From an uncultured Candidatus Rokubacteria bacterium (GTDB lineage: Bacteria > Methylomirabilota > Methylomirabilia > Rokubacteriales > DASRDR01), in contig CAVPSB010000016.1 of NCBI GenBank assembly GCA_963708025.1, forward strand, positions 320,001 through 384,000: a DNA stretch of 64,000 nt, given 5' to 3'. The position numbers and the translations under genes are program-made. The notes under the pieces were generated by a model. The model saw only the letters and a list, made by a program, of their open reading frames with translations, was not told where the DNA came from and made no database searches. Of the stretch, positions 33,738-48,331 are shown in pieces. Positions within the stretch are counted from its first letter, which is position 1, and each line of letters begins with the position of its first letter.

Positions 33738-34943
33738 ATGGGTGAAGGCCCGGCGCCGGCCGCGGCCGGCGAGAGCCGGTCCGCGGTCGCGGCCGGCTTC
33801 ACCGTCCTGTTCGTCAGCACCGGCGTCAACTTCGCCTTCGGCATCCTCTTCAAGCCGATCCTCCTCGACCTGGGGTCCGACCGCTCGACGCTCGCCTTGG
33901 CCGCGACCGCCGGCCTGACCGTGAACGCGCTCGGCCAGCCGGTCTTCGGCGCGCTGATCGATCGGCTGGGCCCGCGCCGGGTCATCCTGTCCTCCATGGC
34001 GCTGATGGCCGCGGGCACCGCGCTGGTCGCCCTCGCCGAGCGGCCCTGGCAGCTCATCCTGCTCTACGGCGTGGTCGCCGCCGTGGGGTACACGGGCTCC
34101 GGCATCCTCCCCGTCTCGGTCCACATCGGGCGATGGTTCCCCGCCGAGCGCGGCTTCGTCATGGCCGTCGCCGCCTGCGGCTTCTCGCTCGGGCAGCTCG
34201 TCTTCACCCAGGTCGCCGCCCACCTCGAGGCCGCCGTCGGCTGGCGGCGGACCTACGGATGGCTGGCCACGATCCTGGCCGTCTTCGTGGCCGTCATCGC
34301 CGTCTGGCTCCGCGACGCGCCGCGACCACCGGGCGCGGCACCCGACCGGTCGCCCGCCGGGGCCGGCGGGCTCGCCCGGCGAGCCGCTCTCGGCACGCCG
34401 GCGTTCTGGGCGCTGACCGCCGGCCTCATGGGGTGCGGCTTCACGGACTTCCTGATGACCACGCACCTGGCGTCCTTCGCCACGGACCTCGGGCTCTCGC
34501 CGCTGGCGGCGGCCAACGCGCTGAGCCTGTGGGCGGCGGCCAACGTGGCCGGCATCCTGGCGGCCGGGACGGTCGCCCACCGCCTGGGCGCCCGGGGCGC
34601 GATGGTGCTCACCTATGGCGTCCGGGCCCTCGCGCTGTTCTGGCTGCTGCTCGTCCGCGACACCTGGCAGCTTTATCTCTTCGCGATCCTCTTCGGCGCG
34701 ACCTTCTTCACGACCGCGCCGCTCTCCTCGACGATGGTCGGACAGCTCTTCGGCGCCGCCCATCACGGCGCGATCTTCGGGATGGCCAACCTGTTCCACC
34801 ACCTGGCCGGCGGGCTCGGCTCGTACGCCGGCGGCCTCGTCTTCGACCTCACCCGGAGTTACCGGGGCATCTTCCTCGCCGGCGGCGTCATCGTGCTGGG
34901 CTCGGCGGCCGTCACCTCCTTCGCCCGGCGGCAGGCCGCATGA
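33738..34943 (+). CDS. MFS transporter
   Basis: About 12 TM segments, GALIDRLGPRR motif A, WFPAERG. Confidence 0.9.
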   Translation: MGEGPAPAAAGESRSAVAAGFTVLFVSTGVNFAFGILFKPILLDLGSDRSTLALAATAGLTVNALGQPVFGALIDRLGPRRVILSSMALMAAGTALVALAERPWQLILLYGVVAAVGYTGSGILPVSVHIGRWFPAERGFVMAVAACGFSLGQLVFTQVAAHLEAAVGWRRTYGWLATILAVFVAVIAVWLRDAPRPPGAAPDRSPAGAGGLARRAALGTPAFWALTAGLMGCGFTDFLMTTHLASFATDLGLSPLAAANALSLWAAANVAGILAAGTVAHRLGARGAMVLTYGVRALALFWLLLVRDTWQLYLFAILFGATFFTTAPLSSTMVGQLFGAAHHGAIFGMANLFHHLAGGLGSYAGGLVFDLTRSYRGIFLAGGVIVLGSAAVTSFARRQAA

Positions 34944-35046
34944 CGGATCGCGCCCTTCTCCCTCGAGATCGGTCTCGCCGTCGAGGTCGCGGCCGGGTAT
35001 GCTCGGGACTCGTGGGATCCGGCCCGAGCGTCACCCGTGTCGCACC

Positions 35047-35763
35047 ATGCGGCTCGCCGACACCGTCGCCATCGTGACCGGCGCCGGCCGCGGCATCGGC
35101 CGCGGGATCGCGCTGGCCTTCGCGCGCGAAGGCGCGACGCTGGCCGTCGCCGACCGGGCGCCGGCGGGGCTGGACGAGGTGGCCGCCGAGGCCCGCGCGC
35201 TCGGCCGGCGCGTCCTGGTCGACCCGGCCGACGTGGGCCGCGAGGACGACGTCGGGCGCCTGGTCGAGCGGACACTGGCCGAGTACGGCCGGATCGACGT
35301 CCTGGTCAACAACGCCGGGACGATCGTGCTGCCGGGGGCGATCCTGGAGACGACCGCCGAGGCCTGGGACACGATGATGGCCACCAACGCCCGCAGCGTG
35401 TTCCTCTGCTCCCGCGCCGTGCTGCCGGCCATGCTGAGCCGGCGCGCCGGGCGGATCATCAACATCGGCTCGACGGCGGGCATCAAGCCGCTGCCGGACC
35501 GCGCCGCTTACTGCGCCTCGAAGCACGCGGTCGTCGGCTTCAGCCGAGCCCTGGCCCTCGACCTCCGGGGTCGCGGGATCGCGGTCAACGTGATCTGCCC
35601 GGGAGCGGTGGACACCCCGCTGACCGCGTACTCCCGCCCCGACGCCGACCGCTCGCACTGGCTCCAGCCGGCGGACATCGCCGAGGTGGCGGTCTTCCTG
35701 GCCTCGGACGCCGCACGCGGGATGACGGGGGCGGTCGTCGAGGTCCCCGGCTGGTCGGACTGA
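35047..35763 (+). CDS. SDR-family oxidoreductase
   Basis: TGAGRGIG, NNAG, YCASK. Confidence 0.92.
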   Translation: MRLADTVAIVTGAGRGIGRGIALAFAREGATLAVADRAPAGLDEVAAEARALGRRVLVDPADVGREDDVGRLVERTLAEYGRIDVLVNNAGTIVLPGAILETTAEAWDTMMATNARSVFLCSRAVLPAMLSRRAGRIINIGSTAGIKPLPDRAAYCASKHAVVGFSRALALDLRGRGIAVNVICPGAVDTPLTAYSRPDADRSHWLQPADIAEVAVFLASDAARGMTGAVVEVPGWSD

Positions 35764-35777
35764 AAGGAAACACTGGC

Positions 35778-36668
35778 ATGCCAAAGGCGAGCGTTGACGG
35801 GGTGAACCTGTACTACGAGGAGGTGGGCGAGGGCGTTCCTCTCGTCTTCGTCCACGAGTTCGCGGGGGATCACGCGAGCTGGGCGCCCCAGGTGCGGTTC
35901 TTCGCGCGACGCTATCGCACCATCGCCTTCGATGCCCGTGGCTACCCGCCCTCCGACGTGCCTGACGACCCGGCGGCGTACTCCCAGCAGCGAGCGGTCG
36001 AGGACATCCGGGGTCTGCTCGACCACCTCGGGGTCGGGAAGGCGCACGTGTGCGGCCTGTCGATGGGCGGCTACGCGACGCTTCACTTCGGGCTCACCCA
36101 CCCCGATCGCGCGCTCTCGCTCGTCGTCGCCGGCTGTGGCTACGGCACCGGGCGTGACCGCGAGGCCTTCCGCCGGGACACCGCGGTCGTGGTCCGGAAG
36201 TTCGAGGAGGAGGGGATGGCGGCCGTCGCCAAGTTCTACAGCCAGGGGCCGGCGCGGGTCCAGTTCCGGGACAAGGACCCGATGGGCTGGCAGGAGTTCC
36301 ACGATCGGCTGGCCGCCGGCTCCGCCCGAGGGCACGCGCTGACGCTGCGCGGAGTCCAGATGACCCGGCCCTCGGTCTTCGATCTCGCCGACGGGCTGGC
36401 GGCGCTCCGGGTGCCGACGCTCGTCGTGATCGGCGACGAGGACGAGCCGTGCCTGGAGCCGGCCCTTTTCATGAAGCGCAAGATCCCGTCCGCCGGCCTC
36501 GCCGTCATCCCGAAGTCCGGCCACACGATCAACCTCGAGGAGCCCGACGCGTTCAACCGGATGGTGCTCGACTTCCTCACCGCCGTCGACGCCGGCCGGT
36601 GGCCGCTCCGCAATCCGGCCTCGATCGCCCCCTCGGCGATCCTGCCGCCCACCCGGCCCGGAGCTTGA
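35778..36668 (+). CDS. Alpha/beta hydrolase
   Basis: GLSMGG nucleophile elbow, GDED, GHTINLEEP. Confidence 0.9.
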   Translation: MPKASVDGVNLYYEEVGEGVPLVFVHEFAGDHASWAPQVRFFARRYRTIAFDARGYPPSDVPDDPAAYSQQRAVEDIRGLLDHLGVGKAHVCGLSMGGYATLHFGLTHPDRALSLVVAGCGYGTGRDREAFRRDTAVVVRKFEEEGMAAVAKFYSQGPARVQFRDKDPMGWQEFHDRLAAGSARGHALTLRGVQMTRPSVFDLADGLAALRVPTLVVIGDEDEPCLEPALFMKRKIPSAGLAVIPKSGHTINLEEPDAFNRMVLDFLTAVDAGRWPLRNPASIAPSAILPPTRPGA

Positions 36669-36740
36669 CTTGGATGGACGGTCTGGCGCTTCATTGACTG
36701 GAGCGCTCGCCAGGCGCCGACCAGCCGGGAGGAGGCGAGG

Positions 36741-38300
36741 ATGAGGGCGACCGACGTTCTGCCCGCGGAGTTCAACGCCGCGGCCCATTTCGTGGATCGG
36801 AACGTGACCGAGGGCCGCGCGGGCGCGCCCGCCTTCGTGCTGGCCGACCGCGACCGCGTGCTGAGCTACGGCGAGGTCCAGGAACTGGCGAACCGAACCG
36901 GCAACGCGCTCCTCGAGCTAGGCGTCGAGCCGGAGAGCCGCGTGCTCGTGGCCTGCCTCGACGCGCCGGAGTTCCTCGGGGCCTTCTGGGGCGCCATCAA
37001 GATCGGGGCGATCCCCATCCCGGTCAACACGCTCCTCCGCGCGGCCGACTACCGGTATTTCCTGCGGGACAGCCGGGCCCGGGTGGCGGTCGTCTCGGCG
37101 CCGCTCCTCGCCGAGGTCGGGCCGGCCCTCGAGGCCGAGACGCGGCACCTCCGGCACGTCCTGGTCGCCGGGGGCCCGCCGGGCCGCTACCTGGCCTACG
37201 AGGACCGCGTGGCCAAGGCGTCGGCCACGCTGGCGGCGGCGCCCACACACCGGGACGAGCCGGCGTTCTGGCTGTACTCCTCCGGCTCCACCGGCTTCCC
37301 CAAGGGCGCGGTCCACCTCCATCACGACATGGTGGTGTGCGCCGAGACGTACGCGCGCCAGGTCATCGGGTTCGCCGCGAGCGACCGGGTCTACTCGGCG
37401 GCCAAGCTCTTCTTCGCCTACGGCCTCGGCAACGCCGGGTACTTCCCGATGGACGTGGGCGCCCAGAGCGTGCTCTTTCCCGGCCGGCCGACGCCGGAGG
37501 GCGTGTTCGAGCTGCTGACCCGCCACCGGCCGACCCTCTTCTTCGGCGTCCCCACGCTCTACGCCGCGATGCTGGCCGTCAAGGACGCGGCGGAGCGCTA
37601 CGACCTCTCCTCGCTGCGCCTCTGCGTGTCGGCGGGCGAGGCGCTGCCGCCCGAGCTCTACCACCGGTGGCGGGAGCGCTTCGGGGTGGAGCTGCTGGAC
37701 GGGATCGGAACCACCGAGATCCTGCACGTCTTCCTCTCGAACCGCCCCGGCGCCGTCCGGCCCGGCTCCACCGGGCTCGCCGTTCCCGGCTACGAGGCGA
37801 CCATCGTGGACGACGAGGGGCGGCCGGTCCCGCCGGGGGAGATCGGGAACCTCCGCGTGCGGGGCGACTCCACGATGGCCTACTACTGGAACCAGCACGA
37901 GAAGACCAAGGGCACGCTGCTCGGCGAATGGATCCAGACCGGGGACAAGTACTACCAGGACCCGGACGGCTACTTCTGGTTCTGCGGCCGGGCCGACGAC
38001 ATGCTGAAGGTCGGCGGCATCTGGGTCTCGCCGGTCGAGGTGGAGGCGACCTTGATCGCCCACGCCGCGGTGCTGGAGGTGGCGGTTGTCGGCAAGGAAG
38101 ACGCCGACCGGCTGGTCAAGCCCCAGGCGTTCGTGGTCCTCAAGGACGCGGCCCAGGCCTCGCCCCGTCTCGCCGAGGAGCTACGCGGCTTCGTGAAGGA
38201 CAAGATCGCGCCCTACAAGTACCCGCGCTGGATCGAGTTCGTGGCCGAGCTGCCGAAGACGGCGACCGGCAAGATCCAGCGCTTCAAGCTCCGCGGCTGA
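36741..38300 (+). CDS. Benzoate-CoA ligase family protein
   Basis: FWLYSSGSTGFPKG, AKLFFAYGLGN, DGIGTTE, KTATGKIQRFKLR. Confidence 0.92.
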   Translation: MRATDVLPAEFNAAAHFVDRNVTEGRAGAPAFVLADRDRVLSYGEVQELANRTGNALLELGVEPESRVLVACLDAPEFLGAFWGAIKIGAIPIPVNTLLRAADYRYFLRDSRARVAVVSAPLLAEVGPALEAETRHLRHVLVAGGPPGRYLAYEDRVAKASATLAAAPTHRDEPAFWLYSSGSTGFPKGAVHLHHDMVVCAETYARQVIGFAASDRVYSAAKLFFAYGLGNAGYFPMDVGAQSVLFPGRPTPEGVFELLTRHRPTLFFGVPTLYAAMLAVKDAAERYDLSSLRLCVSAGEALPPELYHRWRERFGVELLDGIGTTEILHVFLSNRPGAVRPGSTGLAVPGYEATIVDDEGRPVPPGEIGNLRVRGDSTMAYYWNQHEKTKGTLLGEWIQTGDKYYQDPDGYFWFCGRADDMLKVGGIWVSPVEVEATLIAHAAVLEVAVVGKEDADRLVKPQAFVVLKDAAQASPRLAEELRGFVKDKIAPYKYPRWIEFVAELPKTATGKIQRFKLRG

Positions 38301-38324
38301 GATCATCGGATAAAGGAGATCCAC

Positions 38325-39077
38325 GTGCGGAACAACACGGCCAAGGCGAAGCTGAAGGCTGGCCAGGCGGTGAGCGTGATCGCCCCGACCTACACCTCGG
38401 CGGGGCTCGTCGAGCTGCTGGGTCGGGTCGGCTTCGACGTCATCTTCATCGACTGCGAGCACGGACCGGCCGGCTGGGACGACGTCGAGAACATGGTGCG
38501 GGCCGCCGAGCTGGTCAACGTGACCCCGATCATCCGGGTCCAGGCCAACGACCCCTCGACGATCACGCGAGCGCTGGATCGCGGCGCGGGCGGCGTCCAG
38601 GTCCCCCACGTCAACACGCGGGCCGAGGCCGAGGCGGCCGTCCGCCACGCGAAGTTCGCGCCGAGCGGCCACCGCGGGTTCGCCGGTGGCCGCTCGGCCT
38701 TCGGCGAGAAGATGACCGAGTACACGCGCCGGGCCAACGCGGAGACGATGGTCGTCGTCATGCTGGAGGAGGTCGAGGCGCTCGAGAACCTCGACGACAT
38801 CCTGAAGGTCGACGAGATCGACGTCTTCTTCGTCGCCCCCGGTGACCTGGCCCAATCGATGGGCCTCCCCGGCCAGATGGATCACCCGAAGGTGCAGGCG
38901 GCGATCGACGACGCGGTGGCCCGCATCAAGGCCGCCGGCCGCGTCCCCGGCGGCCTCGTCACCCCCGCCACCGTCCAGCGGTACCGCGAGCGGGGCGTCC
39001 GGTTCCTCTACGTCTCGCTGGCCGCGGTGCTCGACCCGGGGGCCAAGGGCTTCCTCGCCGCGGTCAGCGGGACCTGA
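38325..39077 (+). CDS. HpcH/HpaI aldolase family
   Basis: GFDVIFIDCEHG, ALDRGAGGVQVPHV, FVAPGDLAQSMG. Confidence 0.9.
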   Translation: MRNNTAKAKLKAGQAVSVIAPTYTSAGLVELLGRVGFDVIFIDCEHGPAGWDDVENMVRAAELVNVTPIIRVQANDPSTITRALDRGAGGVQVPHVNTRAEAEAAVRHAKFAPSGHRGFAGGRSAFGEKMTEYTRRANAETMVVVMLEEVEALENLDDILKVDEIDVFFVAPGDLAQSMGLPGQMDHPKVQAAIDDAVARIKAAGRVPGGLVTPATVQRYRERGVRFLYVSLAAVLDPGAKGFLAAVSGT

Positions 39078-39081
39078 GCCG

Positions 39082-39852
39082 GTGCACCCCTTCTGCGACC
39101 TGGACGGCCGGGTCGCGCTGGTGACCGGGGGCGGTGGCGCCATCGGGGGCGCCACCGCCCGGGCGCTCGCCGGGGCCGGCGCCGACGTGGTCGTCGTGGA
39201 CCTCCGGGCGGACGCGGCGGAGGCGGTCGCCGGCCAGGTGCGGGGGACCGGCCGCCGCGCCCTGTCGCTGGTCGGCGACGCGATCGACTACGACCACGCC
39301 GGCACGCTGGCCCGGCAGGCGCTGGCGACCCTCGGCCGGGTGGACATCCTCGTCAACGTCGCCGGCGGCGGGCAGCCCAAGGGCTTCCTCGAGCTGACCG
39401 CGGCCGAGTTCGACCGCGTCGTCGCCCACAACCTGAAGTCGGCCTGGAACTGGGCCCATCACCTCGCCCCCCAGATGCTGACCCGGGACCAGCAGCGGAT
39501 CGTCAACACCGCGTCGATCTCGGCCAAGCACGGGGGCGGCCCGCCGGCCACCGTCAGCAAGTCGGCCTACGCGGCGGCCAAGGCGGCGGTGATCGGGCTG
39601 ACGAAGGGGCTCGCCAAGGAGCTAGCGCCGCGCGTCACGGTGAACGCCGTCTGCCCGGGGCTCATCGACACGCCGGCCACCGTCTCCATCACGCGGGGGC
39701 CGCAGATCGACGCCATCCTGAAGACCATCCCGATGGCCCGGGCGGGCACGCCCGACGACGTGGCGGCGGCCGTCCTCTTCTTCGCCTCGCCGGGCGCCGG
39801 CTGGATCACCGGCGAGAGCATGGACGTGAACGGCGGCCAGTACATCGACTAG
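39082..39852 (+). CDS. SDR-family oxidoreductase
   Basis: TGGGGAIG, YAAAK, ITGESMDVNGG. Confidence 0.9.
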   Translation: MHPFCDLDGRVALVTGGGGAIGGATARALAGAGADVVVVDLRADAAEAVAGQVRGTGRRALSLVGDAIDYDHAGTLARQALATLGRVDILVNVAGGGQPKGFLELTAAEFDRVVAHNLKSAWNWAHHLAPQMLTRDQQRIVNTASISAKHGGGPPATVSKSAYAAAKAAVIGLTKGLAKELAPRVTVNAVCPGLIDTPATVSITRGPQIDAILKTIPMARAGTPDDVAAAVLFFASPGAGWITGESMDVNGGQYID

Positions 39853-39978
39853 CTCCTTCGAGAAGCAGCGGAGTGGCCTGCGCCGCGGTCGCCTTGCGCC
39901 CCGGCCGGGCTCGGATCTATCCTGGCGGCGTTGGCCGGCCGACGGTGATCCCCGTCCACCCTTGCCAAGGAGGACGCC

Positions 39979-41481
39979 ATGAACCTGCTCGACCCCGAGG
40001 AACTGAGCCGACTGCTGCCCGCCGAGACTCACTCCTATCCCGGGCCGATCCCGACCCAGCACGTCTCCAGCGACGAGTTCATGCCCGTGCCCCAGACGCG
40101 GGCCCAGCGCCGGGTCGAGGCGCGCCTCAAGGAGCTCGGCGACGGGCTGGCCCGGAAGCACGGCATGAGCCGGCGCCGGTTCTTCCAGACCGCCGCCGGC
40201 ATGGCGGCCGCGTTCGTCGCCATGAACGAGGTCTACGGCCGCCTCTTCGAGACGAGCCAGGCCGAGGCGCAGACGCCCGGAGGTGGCGACGGACCGAGCG
40301 AAGGCGCTCTCTAATCAGTTCGTCATGGACTGCCACACCCACTTCCTCCGGGACGACACCCGCATCATGAGCTTCGTGCGCCAGCGGGAGGCGGTCGGGA
40401 AGGCCGGCTGGAACCCGGCGCTGGCCGGCAAGCCGCAGACCATCGAGGAGTCTGAAGTTCGCCAACTACTACAAGGAGATCTTCCTCGACAGCGACACCA
40501 AGGTGGCGCTGATCTCCGGCGCGCCGTCGGACATCGTCCAGGACTGGTTCCTGACGAACGAGATGAAGGCCGAGGCCCGCGCCCGGGTGAACCGCGAGGC
40601 CGGGCTCACGCCGGATGCTGAGCCACGCCATCTTCACGCCGGGCCAGCCGGGGTGGCTGGAGGACATCGACCGCGTCATCCAGGATCTGAAGCCCGACTC
40701 GTTCAAGGGCTACACCATCGGCGACAACACGAACAAGCAGCTCAGCAAGTACCCGTGGCGGATGGACGACGAGAAGGTGACGTACAAGGCGTACGAGAAG
40801 TTCGTCAAGGCGGGCCTCGTCAACGTCTGCGTCCACAAGGGACTCTTCCCGCCGTCGGTCGAGCAGCAGTTCCCGCACCTCCTCGCCTACTCGGACGTGC
40901 GGGACGTGGGCAAGGCGGCCAAGGACTGGCCGCAGCTCAACTTCGTCATCTACCACTCGGCCTACCGCTTCGCCGGCGGCGGCAAGGTGGAGGACGCCTG
41001 GGCCCAGTTCGAGAAGACCGGGCGCATCGAGTGGGTCACCGACCTCGCCGAGATCCCGTCGAAGTTCGGCGTCACCAACGTCTACGGCGACCTCGGGCAG
41101 ATCTTCGCCCAGAGCACGGTGGCCGATCCGCGGGTGTGCGCGGCGATGATGGGCCAGCTCGTCCGGGGGCTGGGCGCCGATCACGTCGTCTGGGGCACCG
41201 ACGCCATCTGGACCGGCTCGCCCCAGTGGCAGATCGAGGCGCTGCGCCGGCTGGAGATCCCCGACGAGATGCAGCAGAAGTACGGGTTCAAGCCGCTCGG
41301 GCCCGCCGACGGCCCGGTCAAGAACGCGATCCTCGGCGAGAACAACGCGCGCCTCTACAAGTACGAGCGGCGCGGCGCGCTGACCACCGACGGCATCGCG
41401 GTGGCCAAAGCCCAGTACGAGCGGAGCGGCCCCACCCGCAGTAATCTGCGCTACGGCTACGTCATCAAGGCGCGGGCCTGA
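39979..41481 (+). CDS. Amidohydrolase-2 family protein, frameshifted near 40275, 40450 and 40610
   Basis: DCHTH, VCVHKG, VIYHS, VWGTDAIWTGSPQWQIEA, ILGENNARLY. Confidence 0.85.
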
Positions 41482-41503
41482 GCCCGCGCCGGGTACCGGA
41501 AAC

Positions 41504-41540
41504 ACGCAGAGCCCGGATCCGATCGGATCCGGGCTCTGCG
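41504..41540 (-). terminator. Strong hairpin downstream of 5S rRNA, possibly bidirectional
   Basis: CGCAGAGCCCGGATCCGATCGGATCCGGGCTCTGCG near-perfect palindrome followed on - by TGTTT. Confidence 0.75.
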
Positions 41541-41546
41541 ACAGAG

Positions 41547-41664
41547 CCCCGGCGGCGACCTACTCTCCCACGCCGTTACCAGCGCAGTACCATCGGCCCT
41601 GGAGGGCTTAACGACCGTGTTCGGGATGGGAACGGGTGTGGCCCCTCCGGTCTGGCCGCCGGGA
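41547..41664 (-). rRNA. rrf: 5S rRNA
   Basis: Reverse complement contains CCCATCCCGAACACGG and GATGGTACTG..TGGGAGAGTAGGTC. Confidence 0.95.
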
Positions 41665-41743
41665 AGCACCAGCCGTCTACGAGTCCCTCGAGTCGCCGTC
41701 CTGTCCACCCGTCGGATCGCCATCCGGCGGCGGAATCATCCGT

Positions 41744-44728
<2,985 letters not shown>

Positions 44729-44800
44729 ACGGATCCCTCCGTGGTCCGCCGAATGACTTCCGTCTCGTGTAGACGCTCTGGCTACTCGAGGTTCTCGTAT

Positions 44801-44817
44801 GCGGTTGTCAAAGAGCA
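44801..44817 (-). promoter_or_regulatory. BoxA antitermination site in the spacer
   Basis: TGCTCTTTGACAAC on -; a second copy GCTCTTTGACAGC lies in the leader. Confidence 0.7.
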
Positions 44818-44863
44818 ACTCGGAGCCCGCAGGCTCCCGAGCTTCTTCCATCCTCTCGGCACC

Positions 44864-44939
44864 TGGTGGAGATGACCGGATTCGAACCGGCGACCCCCTG
44901 CTTGCAAAGCAGGCGCTCTCCCAACTGAGCTACATCCCC
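44864..44939 (-). tRNA. tRNA-Ala (TGC)
   Basis: GGGGATGTAGCTCAGTTGGGAGAGCGCCTGCTTTGCAAGCAGG...CCACCA. Confidence 0.97.
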
Positions 44940-44946
44940 ACGTGGG

Positions 44947-45023
44947 TGGTGGGCCTAGGTAGAGTTGAACTACCGACCTCGCGCTTATCAGGCGCGCGCT
45001 CTAACCACCTGAGCTATAGGCCC
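44947..45023 (-). tRNA. tRNA-Ile (GAT)
   Basis: GGGCCTATAGCTCAGGTGGTTAGAGCGCGCGCCTGATAAGCGCG...CCACCA. Confidence 0.97.
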
Positions 45024-45109
45024 CCAAAGGTGGGAAGATTAATGCTACTGGCTCGCGCGAGTGGTGATCGACCCAGTCGATCGGGCAGTGGGTCACCCCA
45101 CCCCCCCGA

Positions 45110-46677
<1,568 letters not shown>

Positions 46678-46716
46678 ACCTCTCTCGGACCTCAAGGGCA
46701 TGCACACCGTCTCGGT

Positions 46717-46747
46717 GAGCCAGTAGCATATTCAGCTGTCAAAGAGC
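46717..46747 (-). promoter_or_regulatory. rrn leader: boxA and 16S processing-stem arm
   Basis: GAGCCAGTAGCAT is complementary to ATGCTACTGGCTC at 45042-45054. Confidence 0.7.
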
Positions 46748-46784
46748 CCCGGCCGGCGGACCAGCCGCCAGCCGATACTAAACA

Positions 46785-46980
46785 CATACATAGCAGTCGC
46801 GCAGAGCGCCGTCAAGGCCAGGGCCAACCAGGTTTGCGGCGGCGGTCAGCAACAGGACAACGAGGCCTGCAGCGACTACCGGAACTCCTGGCCGGCCGCG
46901 CCCCCGAGACTCCGAAGGGCGCGCCGACCGCGACACAATAAAGTGCCACCGCCCACGTGGACTCGTCAAGTGATTTTTCA
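46785..46980 (-). promoter_or_regulatory. Two candidate tandem rrn promoters
   Basis: TTGACG-N17-TATGTA near 46815-46787 and A-rich element + TTGACG-N18-CACTTT near 46969-46940; both -10 boxes imperfect. Confidence 0.5.
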
Positions 46981-47114
46981 CTCTCACGCTTCACCGCGGA
47001 GGATCGCCGACCGAGGCCGCCGACCGAGGCCGGCGAGTTGACCCCGCCGGTGTCCCGGTCTAAGCTGAGCCGCACGTTCGGCGGCGGACACGGCCGCGCG
47101 ACTCGGAGCGCGCC

Positions 47115-47564
47115 ATGAGCATTGAGTCGATCGATGCCCGGATCGGACGGGTGGAGCGAACGCTCGACCTCGTCGCCATCGCCGCCGGCGTCGCGCTGAT
47201 TGTCCTCGTCCCGGCCCGACTTTCGCTGTCCGCGTCCACGTGGGTCGTCGCGGCCGGACTCACGCTGCTGGGCTCCGGCCTCGTTCGGGACCTGGCCTGG
47301 CTCGCGCTTCACGGACCGCCGGCGGCGGCCCGGACCGCGGGGCCGCCCGAGGCGCGACTCTGCCTGGAGTCCACCCTGGGCGGCGTGGCGGTGGCTGGCG
47401 GGCTGGCCTGGCGCCTCCTGGCGCCGGGACCGCCGCGCACGATCGGGGTGGGCGCCTTCGTCCTCGCGCTCGCCCTCGTCGCGTCGTTCGGGCACCTGAC
47501 CCGCAACGTCATCGTCGCGCTGCGAGTCGAGCCCGGCCACCGCAACATGACCTTTTGGTCCTGA
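47115..47564 (+). CDS. Hypothetical membrane protein
   Basis: Four hydrophobic segments; first of a co-oriented gene run. Confidence 0.7.
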   Translation: MSIESIDARIGRVERTLDLVAIAAGVALIVLVPARLSLSASTWVVAAGLTLLGSGLVRDLAWLALHGPPAAARTAGPPEARLCLESTLGGVAVAGGLAWRLLAPGPPRTIGVGAFVLALALVASFGHLTRNVIVALRVEPGHRNMTFWS

Positions 47565-47581
47565 GCCGGGAGGCCCCCACG

Positions 47582-48331
47582 ATGGTGCTCCAGGAAGAGT
47601 CGATCGACCTCGCCACCGCCACCGGACCCATGCGCACCTACGTCTACCGGCCGGTCGCGCCGGGTCGCCATCCGGGCCTGATCTTCTACTCGGAGATCTT
47701 CCAGCGAACCGGTCCGATCAAGCGGGCGGCGGCCATGATGGCGGGCCACGGCTTCGTCGTCGCGGTGCCCGAGATCTACCACGAGCTGGAGCCGGCCGGC
47801 ACCGAGCTGCCGTACGACCCCGCCGGGACCGAGGCGGGCAACCGTCACAAGGTGGCACGGCCGACCTCGGTCTACGACGACGACGCGCGCGCCGTGATCC
47901 GTCACCTGGCTTCCCTCCCCGCCTGCACCGGCCGGCTCGGCGCGATGGGGATCTGCATCGGCGGGCACCTCGCCTTCCGGGCGGCGCTCAACCCCGAGAT
48001 CCGGGCTGGCGCCTGCTTCTACGCGACCGACCTCCACAGCCGGAGCCTGGGCCAGGGCGGCGACGACACGCTGGAGCGGGCGGGGGACATCCGCGGCGAG
48101 ATGCTGATGGTCTGGGGCCGGCAGGACCCGCACATCCCGGTGGAGGGCCGACTCCTCATCTACCAGCGCCTGACCGCCGCCGGCGTCAACTTCACGTGGC
48201 ACGAGTTCAACGGGGCCCACGCCTTCATGCGGGACGAGGGCGCCCGCTACGACCCGGCGCTGGCCCTGATCGGGTACCGGCTGGCCATCGACCTGTTCGC
48301 CCGCACGCTGGCGATGGGAGGAACATCGTGA
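47582..48331 (+). CDS. Dienelactone hydrolase family
   Basis: SEIFQ, GICIGG, QDPHIP, HAFMRDEG. Confidence 0.92.
   Translation: MVLQEESIDLATATGPMRTYVYRPVAPGRHPGLIFYSEIFQRTGPIKRAAAMMAGHGFVVAVPEIYHELEPAGTELPYDPAGTEAGNRHKVARPTSVYDDDARAVIRHLASLPACTGRLGAMGICIGGHLAFRAALNPEIRAGACFYATDLHSRSLGQGGDDTLERAGDIRGEMLMVWGRQDPHIPVEGRLLIYQRLTAAGVNFTWHEFNGAHAFMRDEGARYDPALALIGYRLAIDLFARTLAMGGTS

Noticed and set aside
46934-46947. TGGCAC-TTTA-TTGT as a sigma54 promoter for rrn
   Set aside because: Spacing is one base short and the -12 GC is missing
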